DNA of 64,000 nt from Ylistrum balloti (Eukaryota), in assembly GCF_031769215.1 (NCBI RefSeq), contig NW_026782457.1:1-64000 (forward strand), read 5' to 3'. The notes under the pieces were generated by a model. The model was not told where the DNA came from. It worked only from the letters and a program-made list of their open reading frames with translations, and searched no databases. The number at the start of each line of letters is the position of its first letter. Position 1 is the stretch's first letter. The translations under genes were made by a program, and so were the position numbers. Below, one piece after another: positions 29,777 to 59,320 of the stretch.

Positions 29777-30243
29777 TACGAAAAAAATGGTCGAACTTTA
29801 ATACTGAACACTAATTTATTAATCCCTGAATAATTAACCCGGTTGTTGAAAACAAGTTTTTTTCTTCACTTGTTTTTCTGTTTTTTTGTTAATGCGGGAT
29901 TTAACCTTAACCTTAGATTTGGTAGGCGATTGTACAGAGGCTTTGAAACCTTTATTCTCCAAAGCGACATGTTTAATTTTCATGACAACTAATTTATCAA
30001 ACAATGACATTATTGAAAAAATAGCCTCAAATTGATATTTTAGCATGTTGTCAAAAGCATATCCCCTGTCTACTGTATTGAAATGTCTGTTATATCAAAG
30101 TCGCATTCTTGGAGCAAATGTTTCTGTCGGCATGATTGCAATAGGTTACCCTTTGTGCCAATATCACCCATGTAAATGTAACTGGGATAGAACACTGATG
30201 ATATTGCGAATCCCACGAAAACTCAACGGATAAAGATCAGTTT

Positions 30244-37258
<7,015 letters not shown>

Positions 37259-37754
37259 ATTAGGTTTCTGAAAGTAAGATTCAATGATTAATTAATACAA
37301 ACACCTTTGGTAAAAGCGAATGATGTTATTATTTTTATGATTCCAGGCTTTATTTACGAAGAATGTGCGAATAATTAGTTGTCATAGATTTATTTACATA
37401 CATATGTATGTTTTCACCATTCTTGAAATATGAAAATATCTTGAGACATCGGTTTGATGTGGTGTATGGGTAAAGTGTGTTTGTTCATTGTAAATCAATA
37501 AGAAGATCGTTTTGTTCTCATCCAGTCTTGCCTGAATAAATTTTAATATACATTAAATATGTAAAATTTATTTCGGAGTTCCTTCTATTGCTGAGAATTA
37601 TATCTTCACAGAAGTGATCTTATATCTTACTAATATTCAGTTTGAAGAATTGTTTTAGAAATAATACGTCGACAGAGTATTAATTTTTATTATCAATATC
37701 GTCTTCTTTTGAACCATGATCGATCGTTTAATAATATATGATAATATGACTCAC

Positions 37755-38009
37755 CAGTAGGTCCTGCTGACAATTCTCCAGCAGGATATTCTAAATTGCT
37801 TAATCTAAGTTGTTTTAAGTGTAATCCAGCCCAACTGAATGACCCGGCGTATGCGATATCTCAATTTATATGTGAAGCTGGTTAAATACCAGTATTCAAC
37901 ATGCTGCTGATTACCCGGGGAATCGAGTAAGGGGATTTTTTTTCGGACGAAAATAGACATTACATATTTATTGTAGCCACTATAACGACATCGAGTCTGT
38001 GTGACGTAG
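37755..38009 (-). promoter_or_regulatory. Predicted core promoter and non-coding first exon of copy D
   Basis: Minus-strand donor CTG|GTGAGT at 37755; GGTCATTCAGTT Inr-like element homologous to that of A-C; ATATAAA at 37865-37871; GGGGATTTTT 37931-37940; TGACGTAG 38002-38009, retained although the surrounding DNA has diverged. Confidence 0.6.
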
Positions 38010-41000
38010 CCTATACGTTCTTAAAATAGAACGAATCTCCTATCACTCAAGTTTGTTTAAATACCACGTGGACTGGAGGTATGATTACTGTTTACTTGTG
38101 TTGTTTATTGTTCGTCAGCTTCCCTCTGTATTTTCCAGAGAAAGCACATTATGCGTAAGACATATGATGAACTTGATGTTAGAGTATACCTTATTTTGTC
38201 GGTCATATTATCATTATCAATTCATGGCAATAACACACATGCCGAGAATGCGGCATTTAAAGCGACGGACACTTGTTCTAGACAGAAAATGAGCTCAGTA
38301 TAACATAAGATAACGTTTGCTTTTTCATATCTGTTTATCAATAGACCATGTAATGGAGGACAACATAAAGGTCAAATATACGTTAGTCGTCTACCACTAG
38401 CCCTATTAGGATTTATAAAGGACTTTGAGGAAAATACTGGAATTAATTACGACAGAAAAAGACAACATATGAATCTTCAATTTATATTTGTGTGGTGTTA
38501 GGGTATTTAATGTTAACAATTTAAAAATAAAAAACCGGACACATCATTTTCCGTTTCTTGTTTTGTTTTGAAATATATTATCATCAAAATATCATTCTTT
38601 TGAAATCCTTTGATTATTAAATAAGTATTTGGACATTATTACAACTAACTTAACAAATCATTACTCAAAATGGTTACGTCCAATACAGCACATTTTGTTA
38701 GATCTATTTGATGTCACACAGTGGTAAAAGGAATTCACTTTATGATAATCGTATGTTATCGTTTTTGTCTTTAAGCCAGTGTTAACACTGAGAAGTCTCA
38801 GTTTGTATTAACATGTAATAGATTGGCGAATACATCAATTATGGCGTAGATTTGATACTTACCACTTGTAAAAATGGGGGTTTGATCAATAACGCCACTT
38901 TTCGTTAATGTATAGATAATAATTTTGTAATATAGTTCTGTCGAACAAACTACTACCACAAAGAGTACCTATTATTTATTTTATTCATATCAATATCGAG
39001 TTAAATGCCGTGATCAAATTTAATGCAATCATCAGTTAAAACATGACACTCCTGTTTTCTATAAACAAGTTTAAGTAAATGTTGAATGGTGAAATTACAT
39101 ACAGGTAACCTTACCAGTATCAGGTACTGTTTGGTCCCTATATCATACGTTCACACCGCTGGTGTAATGATGAATAAGTGATGAGTGAATGAAATAGGAC
39201 TTATATGTATATAGCTAGTGAGAAAACGTCTCCGGGGAATTCCATATTTATGTAACACGTGACTGGTGCGTGGGACCCAGTGTATTACAACTGATTGTGA
39301 AATCGACATAACAGCCTCATTCTGTTGAACGGAGATTGTGATAGATGGGGTCATCATCAAATTGAGAATTTCTGTCCTTTTCGGAGGTGTGTCACCTGTG
39401 GTAGCTTACGTTTTCAAGATAAAGTCATATATATCGATTGCATTTAAAATATAATCAGTATGACTTTCCTGTGAAGACCAGTTTTCAGCATTTAAATCTT
39501 ATATTAGTTTTACTATAGATTCTTGTTTATTTTCAAATAACATTGTTATAGTATTAACTTATTTGCAAGTTTTCTTACATATTAATATGTAGGCATAAAA
39601 CATCTCTCAATAACTTATATGTTCCTTTTACTTCACGTAAAATATCGATGACCTCTTGGTGATAATTTGCAAAATCATAAAGGAACATATAAAACTTTAT
39701 TATTCAACAGGTCCAATTATTTATAGCATGTTAATGTGCGTTTTCGTAATGAAAGATCATAGAGAAAAGCTCTTGCATACTGACGAGGTTTTTATCTGGT
39801 AATCAACATGAACAAGAATGCACACATGAGCATTACTGCTGTGTTGATTTCATTATTTGAAGCCATGGTGATATTGATCTCACAATTACTATTACATTTT
39901 AGGTATACTAAAAGATTTGCTGTGTTGATAGTACCCCACGTGAGGGTGTATCCAATACAAATAGCATTTTATCCATAAGATTCGTTCCTGGCCAGGGGGA
40001 ATCACATGGAAAACCCAGAGAAAAACACTCTCGATTCCGATATCGTTAACCGTCACTGGGGTAGTTGGCAATAACAGAACTAAATAGTGACTATTAAACC
40101 TGACTCATGCTGGCATTATACTACAATGAAAGAGCCGTATGACAATAGTGGTAGTAGTAGTAGTAGTACACATTACAAGGGACGTGTCATTAAGTTGGCG
40201 TATTGATATTGCTGCCATAAACAGTATGCACATGCTTCAGTTCGACCAGACATATCACTTGATTGAGGGTTCAAATATCAGGACTGCTTATTGATTAGTC
40301 TTTTAGATATATAAAAGGGTTTTTTCTCGATTAACAATACTTGAGCGCTCGTATCGCTGTTCCGAAGCGTTCGCTGATTATTTTGGTATTTATATTAAAT
40401 ATGTATATATTATAGTGTTTGTTGTCAGTAATTTGCATTTGTAATAGCGTCGTACCAATACTGGTAATGATCTTATTTCTAATTAAATTTTCTGGTGAGA
40501 AAAAAGACATATTAATATTAAATACGTATTGAAATCGCTTTCCGGAAGAAATCGTGAAATCGGATCCAATATTACGTTTTGTATTAATTTTCTATTTCTA
40601 TAAATGATATTGTGTTAAATGTGAAAATTAGCATTCCGTTGAGCTATTTCAATAAAGGATAAAATAAACCTATGTAAAACATGTAACATATATATTATAA
40701 AAAAATTACAGTTCTTCAGCTAACCGTCTAGCATGTGGCTAAATCAAAGTGTAAAGTATGGACACATTGATTCGAAATACTTTGAAGTCTGAGCCAGTTG
40801 TGAGAAAAACAAATCCTATTTCATAGGCCGTGGGCGCTAGGAGTGTTACTAAATATGACATATAAACACATGATAAGCTCTCAAACAATCTATAATACGA
40901 TTATTTTTTCCTGTAGAACCCAAACTAATATACCTCAAATATTGTCTTTACATAGAATTGATTTAATCTTTACAACGAACGAAAATGATTGCAATACAAT

Positions 41001-41261
41001 TCCTCCGTAATCGTGTTTACGGAAATTTCGGCAGATATTGTAGCTAACAAAAATACAAATTTCTACATCTGACAATCAAAAACTATAAAAAGTAATATAG
41101 AAGTATTTCAACTGAAATATTTATTTCATTAATACGATTCGATGAAGGGAGATAACTCCTCCGGTCAGTCTAGGAAATCAACACACGATTCTTTTTTTAT
41201 CATCAGAGGCAGTATCACAATTCAAATTATGCAATGCTTATACACTTAGGGGGAAACAATA

Positions 41262-41459
41262 TACTGTATACCGGGAAGTTTCCGACCCCGTTTAATTTTC
41301 ATATTTTTCGTCCATGAACAGGGAGAATGAATTTAAGATAGCGGCGAACATTTGTTACACTTATATAAGCTTTTTACATAATAATCAGAGGGCGAATTCG
41401 TATATTATGTAACAAGGGAGAAAATAACCTCTGGCGAAAAAATATCCCAATATACAGTA
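41262..41459. mobile_element. About 200-bp MITE with TA-flanked terminal inverted repeats (Tc1/mariner-type non-autonomous)
   Basis: Left end TActgtataccgggaagtttccg..., right end ...cgaaaaaatatcccaatatacagTA; 9-bp perfect outer inverted repeat, degenerate out to about 40 bp. Confidence 0.6.
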
Positions 41460-43879
41460 TGTGCTCATTTTCGATTAATCCCCAAAATTCCTGACAAAAT
41501 GAGAAATTTAGTAAAATATTACATTCGTAGCAGTGGTCCAAAACAAATCTAAATAATCACACGACTTAACATTACATTTCCGGAGTTTAAACGTCCAATA
41601 CTTGCTCGGACTTCCGCTTCCTCTTCAATATACATGAATAAGTATTAATCGATTCCTATTATATTCTTACTGTGGATGAATAATCGTATCTCAATTACAT
41701 ATGACAATCAAGGAATGCCACATTTATGATTACAAATAGTGCGGGATATTCCAGCACGCATATAATTTGCATAGAACGTAACTTGTACATTATGTGTGCA
41801 TGTATTAACATGTAGTATAAATATGATTGATAATAAAGAGTGTGGCACATATTCAAACATTTTCCATTAATGACTCTATATTTCGTTATTTCATCAGACA
41901 GCGACTGAGCAAATTGAACATGAATCAATAGTAAATGAAACACGGTATTGATATTTACTGATATATAGCTATATAAGTTATTTATTGAAAAAGTCAATGA
42001 TTTTCGGTTATATCATATTAGTTAATCTCTAACAAACTCGAGAGAGAACAGGAAAGACGTGGTCGATTAACATTCTCAATCATTTATCAATCAAAAAATC
42101 TAATCTGTAGGCCATATATTAAATGTCAATTGTTACTTACTTTGTCAATGGTGGGACGTATGTTAAGCCTGTATGATTCCCATTAATTTCCGGTGTTGTT
42201 TTGTTTGCTTAACGGTTTTCTTAAATTTGTATTGAAATTTACATTTTCAGTACTTGCACTCCATTCCCATAAAACACAATTTCCAAATCGATGTCATTCT
42301 TGTTATTGCATTTGTCATACCTTTATATTCAGTGATGTGTAATCCTGATATACAGAGATATACTGCATTGCTATGTACATAAAGAGATTCCGATGTTTGT
42401 ACAATCTAGTCTTCTTACATTTCCGTATATTGCACATTTTCTGCATTCTAGAAGGACTTTGCAATAAAATGATCTTTTGAGATAAAAATATTTACTTCTA
42501 ATATTTTTTTAAGTATTTCATTTCGAACGTGATAAGCATTCTATGACCAGGAATAAAACAAAAACATTTTAACTCTTTAAAATGACTTCGGAAGAATATA
42601 ATTAGACGATTATTATTTGTAATCCATGTCATAATGTTCTTGAGTGCGATAATATTAACTGCAAATTTCATTGCTCATGCCAAGCGTTTTCGAGATCTTC
42701 ATCCAGGTATTGACGTATTAATTAAGCATAAACCTTGTGTACATATACATATAAAACACTTATGACTTAAGGAATTAAAAGTCTACAGCTCCACAAAAGT
42801 TATTATTAAATGTTTGACACAGTTTAACTTCTGGAGGAAATGTTTTCTAATAAATTATATTCATTTTTTGTTTACATTACGTTAACTATTCTTTAAACAA
42901 TAAGTATCTATCTATTTTGATAAAAAATCTTGATTACGATCATTTCAATTGTTCGTAACTTTTGGAAATAACCTTGTCAAGCAGCAAGCCCTGTTCACCT
43001 AAACATACAAATCATGAATGGTTACACAATGCTCCCGTTCAATTACCTTTTAGTGGGATCCATCGTTGACATCAGGGGTGTATGCAATTATATCAGCTGT
43101 TATTACCATATAAATACCAAAATGTTTTAATAAATTGATCTTGTTATATTTGTGATAAGATGACCTCCGATGTTTCCAATGGTTCTCAGTATTAATATAT
43201 TAATATACAGATACATTAAATATTGCTAGGACATGAATTTGTATTGTATACCAATCGTCATCCACTGAAAACTGTGTCATATCCTTGTCCACAGATTGTG
43301 TATCAGACAACTCAATCTACTGGCATAGTAAACCTGAGCCAGCCGTGTATTTCACCATCAGTTGTAATATGTTACACATACACTCACCGGTCACGTGATA
43401 TAAGTTTATATATACTGCTACAGTTACAGTGATCGAATCACATTCACAAACCGGTTAAGTTTAACTACACCGGCGGTGTGAACGTGTGGTGTAAGGAGGG
43501 AACAGTAACCGATCCTTGGTAAGGTTACGTTACATCACCCTTCATATGTGCACTGATTCCTCTACAGATGTTTTCAACCCGATTAAAACGTAATAGAGTT
43601 GCAGTGTTTAAATGAAAGAAGCTGCTGTTGAATGTCCAATGATTGTGGAATTTTAATGAATCGACACATCTGGAATATTGGGTTCACATAGGTAAATACA
43701 ATAAACTACATATTAAATGCATTGATTAAGATCATATCATGTGTCCCTTATCATTAAGAGATAAAAACAAATCCGAAATTTGTTTTAGTGGCTTTTGAGT
43801 GTTTTTTTTTCATAAATAGTAAGTTTAAATATTCACAAAATATGTTATCATCTTTTTGAAACTAAACGTGTGGTCGATC

Positions 43880-44056
43880 GGGTTTCCATTGTCAAATTAC
43901 CGTCGCCTTTCACTTCGGTGACCTGAGGTTGATTCCCGATCGGAAGTAAAAACACGTTGCGCATTCACACGGGTTTCTCCCGAGTACACCTATTCCCTCC
44001 TACAAGAAGTCCCCTCGCGAACTTTCACTTGCGCCATGAAGGGTAATCTATGTAAG
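43880..44056 (+). promoter_or_regulatory. Candidate proximal promoter / 5' exon of copy E with IRF-like and kappaB-like motifs
   Basis: GC-richer island about 1.1 kb upstream of the ATG. ACTTTCACTT at 44021-44030 (reverse complement AAGTGAAAGT), CTTTCACTT at 43907-43915, GGGTTTCC at about 43880, AGAAGTCCCC (reverse complement GGGGACTTCT) at about 44005-44014, followed by candidate donors G|GTAATC and T|GTAAGC near 44042-44056. Confidence 0.35.
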
Positions 44057-45142
44057 CTAATATCTTCTTTCAAAATTGTTGTAAAATAACAAAACGTATG
44101 AAAAAAACAAATCATAATGTTATCTACATTAATCACTTTAATGAATAGATCATTTAATTACCGACATCATTACTAATATAAAGAATAAAATATCTACACT
44201 ATCTAGTATATGGCTCGACATTTGACTATATTTTCATTTTCAAACTTTTAATGGTATGTACAATATCCACTCCAATCATTTTGATAGAATTAAGAAAATA
44301 CATGTTCTAAGCTCTGGTAAATACTTTCTCTAAAATACTCATTTTTATATTTTTGTGTTGAAGATTAAAACATAAAGGTGAAAAACTATAAAAAATATTT
44401 GGTAAGGTTATAAACGTTCAGTCCAGAAAAGACCCTTTAAACCTTCTACGAATAACTTTTGTTTCAAACAATACTAACACTATAGATATGAAAACAAAAA
44501 GAGAGGAAAGGACACTCTGGTGTGCTTAAGATATAGTGATACTGTACTGAAGAAATTGATTTTAATATTAGTAACAAGATACGTAGATATTATATAGCAC
44601 ACTGATTAATCAGCAATCGATTGTAAGTCATGGTTGTACTTTTATTCATATATTTGTGTAATTGATACCATTTTGAGGGAGAATACTTGATTAATAATGC
44701 AAACATCTTTAAATCATGTAAATATAGAACATTTTTCACGTTTATGTTTATAAAAAATCATTACTATATAGAATGTGGGAACAAATATATCAACATTAAT
44801 ATTTACGTTCAATTTGTAATCTGATATTTATTTTGGCAATGGATAAAACAATATATCAAATTGTTGTCAGCATTTACATCTCCAAACTAAATAAAATCTT
44901 ATCATCAACTTGGGCTATCTTGATACATTATCATTATATTACGATGTCGTAAGAGATATTTTTAAACTAACTACAGTGACCTTTGATCTTCAGTTTTACC
45001 TTCAACCTACATATGATCTGATTATACCCTATCTGTAAAGTAATGGTAACATTACATCTAACACTGTATTAAATTTTCGGCGTATGTGTTTACCTTGGTC
45101 ATTCATCATCAGATAAATCCTGTCTGTATATTTTTTTCAGAT

Positions 45143-54651
<9,509 letters not shown>

Positions 54652-55113
54652 GTCATGCGGGCACAATTTCATCATCATAATCATTCTCCAATGTTTGTTC
54701 TTCTTACAAACACTCGGTACATATTTTTGCAGTAACATTGTCGGGGTAAAAAGTATCGTATGACCTTTTTAAGTGGATAACTTGGCTCCAACTTATTAGT
54801 TCAACTTTGCTTCTGGTGGATGCGGTGTTAGTCATTCCAACTTCTGCATTGGCCAAATGATCAATAGGAACAACCTTCACGAATCTGCTTTCTTTAGTCC
54901 ATAACGTTGGAATATCGGATTTCGGAAAACGATACGGTGATTGTTAATCTCCTGATTCAGAAGTGATTCTCGAATATGTTGAATTTTGACAGCTAACAGT
55001 ATACTGACTGATGTGTCGACCATTTTCCTTGTATGTGTATTTGTTATATTGATATATCAGGTATTGAAGGCTTGTTACATTGATATATGGTACGGTTGGA
55101 AGGTCTTTAATCA

Positions 55114-55866
55114 AACAGCAGGAAAAAAAGGTGTACCTGATAACACACCAAACTTTGCTCCCGAAATATTGTCGACAACGCCTACAGGACCTCTCTTTTC
55201 AGGTTTAACGTCGGATTTTACATTTCCATTATCCGTCTCTGAAAGCTCGTTGGGAAGAGGATACACAAACGGATATACTGTAATTTCTATTTTGATAACG
55301 ACATCCTCTATACTCCATTAGTTACGCTCACTGTCGCTCTCTGCATACCTGGAGTATTTCATGGCAAAACTGACTTCAGGTCCATGTGCGGCCATTCTGG
55401 ACAAGACTAGTTTGATCCTTTGATGTACATCAAGCGCATATCGGGGTCGGATAACGGTATGTAGTACAGGCTTTAGAGTTGAAAGTCGCCCCTTTGTAAT
55501 ATTCAGTCTGTAATTGGTCCTTTCTCCTGAAACACGCTATAGACCAATCAAATCACTTCGCCTATCCTTCAATTTGGCCAGGAAATGTATAGGTGCCGAG
55601 AGCGAAAGTAATCATAACTCTTTAAGTATCGAGGATATAATAACGGATTTGATCTGATGAATTATTTGAGCTATAATTGAATATATCACTGAGTGACTGT
55701 CATTATGTAAATGTAAAAGTTCTATCCAAGCAAGTCGAGCGAAACTTTCAGCACACCTCTTCTTCTCTATCCCATCCTTGAAAGCAAGGTAAATAGTGTA
55801 TGGTAATTTACGAAAGACAATTATTAGAACTATCTTGTAAACGACAGTATTCGTATGGGACCAGAC
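55114..55866 (-). pseudogene. Decayed, unidentified intron-free coding remnant
   Basis: One minus-strand frame runs 251 codons with only 3 stops (TGA 55612-14, TAG 55537-39, TAA 55318-20): ...YLAFKDGIEKKRCAESFARLAWIELLHL...VIRPRYALDVHQRIKLVLSRM...FAMKYSRYAES...WSIEDVVIKIEITVYPFVYP...GVLSGTPFFP. A homologous fragment lies at about 47762-47882. Family not recognised. Confidence 0.5.
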
Positions 55867-58254
55867 CTAAGGCCCCAACCTTTGCAGTTCTCACTTTGTC
55901 TGGGGTATTAGAAATTCTTATACTTAAGTATATGACACTTATATCGTATACTAACACAGAATACGGAAAGTTTAAATGTATTATTATCATTTAGAGTATA
56001 TAACGATTAACACCTACACATACCCCACAGAAAAATGGCTTAACTAAATAGCTATGCAAACTCTGACGTGTTGAGAGAGTCTTCATTCATTCAAACTCGA
56101 GCTACACGAGGACAAATATGTACCGCAATAGTATAAGCTTTTTAGTAACATCTATGACATCCCCATATAGATCTGGTCTAATGCAGAGATGCAATGACAC
56201 GTTTCAAACTGTGAATCAGGTTTATATAACAAAACCTCCGACCCTATCAATTGAGCATGAATATATACATCAACGTTGACCCAGGTCGTTGTCGTCAAAC
56301 CGGTGTTATCTCTTGACAGAGAAACGCCACTTTTAACATGCCTTGAACCAGGATGTGCCTAGATAGTTATCATAAAGACAGATAATGCTATATCATAGTG
56401 GTTATTCCTGTATTATGTTATCAAACTGAGATATCGTTATCTATCAAACAACAGGTATTAGTTGTGGACCGATATGATGAACGATATAGAAAAGGTCATG
56501 GTCCTAATGATATGATTTAATACCAATCAGAATGAAGCAAATGGGATACAATTTTGTCATCGGTCAAATTGTCACGAATTTGCAGAGTGCAATCGGTTAA
56601 TTAATGTACAAATGACACGTGCTTAAAACCATTACAGTATCGTTACACCACTTAGTAAGAAACTGATTTATACATTAAGCACTGTATGCAGATTATTTCA
56701 TGGTAAACCCCTTTTTTATTTGCCTCTGTGATAAAAAAGACAATTCTTCCATTTCATCGTTGAAATTACACATAAATGTTGATAAATTAAAGCTTCCCTC
56801 GTACTTTAATGTTGATAGACATACGGGACAAATCGATCATGATCGTTTAAAATGAAATTCTTCTTAAGAACGTCTTTCCAAAAAAAACATTCTTATTGAA
56901 AATCCAAGTGTGTTCCTGTAGTTTAATTGAATCAGTTCAGATTTATCTTCTTGAGTTCTAATATAGCGTCCCATGTCGTCAGTATAATCTTCCTACCATA
57001 AGTTTATACTTTAATCGTTTTATGTGGTGATGATTCAGCGAGTATCGTAGCAGATAATCCCGATATGTCTAAGGCTGTTCAGACAATTCATTAGGAAAGT
57101 AAACGCCTCGTTCCTCTCTAATCAATTATATACACCCACCACCATTGTATTAAAGCGTATCCAGTATTTAATACAATGTGAAAATTTACAACCTTGACAA
57201 ATTTTGGCACCGAACTGATTTGATTCGGAGGTGTATGTTTGTCCTACTGGTTCCTAAAGGACACGATTGAGCATGGAGAAGGATTCAGACGAAATATAAT
57301 GAACTAGATATGTAGTCTGATTTAAAAGCGATATTTTTACTTCCCAGATCTAGTCTGGGTTGTGCCATGTAGACCTGTCATACTATTTAATAGATAGTAT
57401 GTAATAGATATATACACATTTATCACAAAGATACCACTGTATGGCTGTCTCCGCCGTATGAAATTGATATATAATATTCGTGCCAAATCGTTTGGTTTTA
57501 TAATGCATATACTTAAATGCCTACAGACCAGTTGTTGTGTTGGGCTCGTTTTCATACAACGTAATGTATTTCCGCGGGTTACCATGGCAGCTGTACTTTG
57601 TGAAAGTTTATTGGATGAGAAGACAAATTAGTATATGTCTGTAAGTTTTTCTTTTTTAATTCACTGTGTTGAATTGTCCGTTATTGTATATACTGAATTA
57701 AATCAATAAATTTTGTTCAAACAAAACCTTTGTTTAGTATGAAATCGATTTTCATTAATATCCATATTGGTAAGTTACACAGAATATGTAAAAACACTCC
57801 ATTTAAATCGTGCATGTTCAACACTGCTTTAAATTGCCACGTCACAAAAGTGTGACATCATACGATTTGGTTCTGTTGACAGTGTTAAACCTTATGACGA
57901 CTAAAGTCGACCCTATGTTTGTTACAGGTCATGTACGTACCTTTAATGTTCTATAAATACAAAACCACTTGATTTTTAAGATTTAGCATAAAAAAGTCTA
58001 CAGACAAAACATTTGACACACTCAAGAAACCATTAAACAGGGTACTTGACGGTAACTATGCAAACACACCGCGCGTGTTGATTTCACCCGATCACCTGGG
58101 GACACAAAATCTTTGTAGATTTAATACGAAGTTCTGACATACTTATTAACCCCAGAGACGTATATCGCCGAATCATCGTCAACAGTGCAACATGTTTTTA
58201 AAAGATTTTGCAAACGACATACAGGTCCATTTAGTACTTCTCAAGAAATACCAA

Positions 58255-58400
58255 TAACAAACTGTACTGGGCGAAATCCAAGATGGCCGCCTGTCGGCCA
58301 TTTTGTTTTTCTGATCAAACCCAAAATCAAACGACACAACTAGAGACCAAGAGAATCTTAGATGTGAAATAAACAATATTTCTTGAACAGTGATAGTAAG
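58255..58400. repeat. Probable dispersed-repeat fragment (ccaagatggccgcc...ggccattttg)
   Basis: GC-rich short inverted motif of a kind I recall from mollusc interspersed repeats; ends not defined and no second copy in the window. Confidence 0.3.
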
Positions 58401-59200
58401 ATATGTTTTCAAGAAGCTAGATGGTTTCTGTTTCATAGATGAAACCACTCTTTTTTCTGTCACCATCTGCAATATTAACGATGACTTTTCTTAATCATCG
58501 CAAGCTTGTAGCTTTATAAGGCTAAGAAAATCATCTACAACCATTCATTTTCTCAATGAACAAACAGAAGCTGCGGAACCTAGCTTTAACATTTAAAAGA
58601 AAATTAAAGTATTGGTTTAAAGCATCAAATAATTTATTTTCAAAATACATGTACCTACAAAATGGAATCTATTGCTATCACTTAAAATTGGAGATAAATT
58701 GGCATGAAAATGACAAAAAAAACACTGAATTAAAAACTACTAACATATTGCACAAACTGAAATTCATTGTAACTTTATGTCGAGCTTGAAATTTAAAAAG
58801 AAGACCTAGAATCAGAAGAATATATGAAATAAAACTACTTATTATCATTAAATATATGTATAATATTTGATCACCTGGAAATCTGATATTTAGTGCAGGG
58901 AATACTGTAATAGATGTTGATTCCATTTGTTCCAGTTTTTGTAATTTTACCAAAAGCTTTATGCCAATGGTACATATTTTCACCTAAGTATTGAAAAAAA
59001 ACACTATAAGTATATTTAAAGTATCCTCTTTCACCCTCAAAAACCGCAAGAAAAAGAGGACCCATATAAGATGACAATTTTCTTAATAAGAGAAAATATT
59101 GTACATATAAATATCTATATATATTAGAACAGAGACACTGTTTTCTCTTTTTTTTTTCTTTCATTTTATACACTAGATAAAAAATTCCAACTGTGGTTCT

Positions 59201-59320
59201 CATAATACTAGTGTTATGGTATTGAGTGATTAATACATAATACTAGTGTTATTGTATTGAGTGATTAAAACATAATACTAGTGTTATTGTATTGAGTGAT
59301 TAAAACATAATACAAGTGAT
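59201..59320. repeat. 35-bp minisatellite, about 3.3 copies
   Basis: Unit cataatactagtgttattgtattgagtgattaaaa starts at 59201, 59236, 59271 and partially at 59306. Confidence 0.95.

Noticed and set aside
29455-29814. Four overlapping Tyr/Ile/Cys-rich ORFs
   Set aside because: Translations of a minisatellite; the same applies to 53505-53696 and 61756-61977.
42681-42710. Minus-strand CTGGATGAAGATCTCGAAAACG, hammerhead-like
   Set aside because: Core interrupted, no convincing stems I-III; at best a very old fragment.
55114-55866. Stop-codon recoding (selenocysteine or readthrough) in the long minus-strand frame
   Set aside because: The stops are a mix of TGA, TAG and TAA, with frameshifts nearby, which fits decay.
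57337-57585. ORF ending GLHGTTQTRSGK, resembling a Walker A motif
   Set aside because: Spacing does not fit GxxxxGK, a stop follows immediately, and no Walker B is found in frame.
59201-59320. CRISPR-like reading of the 35-bp and 21-bp arrays
   Set aside because: Units are head-to-tail with no unique spacers, no cas genes, and the context is eukaryotic.
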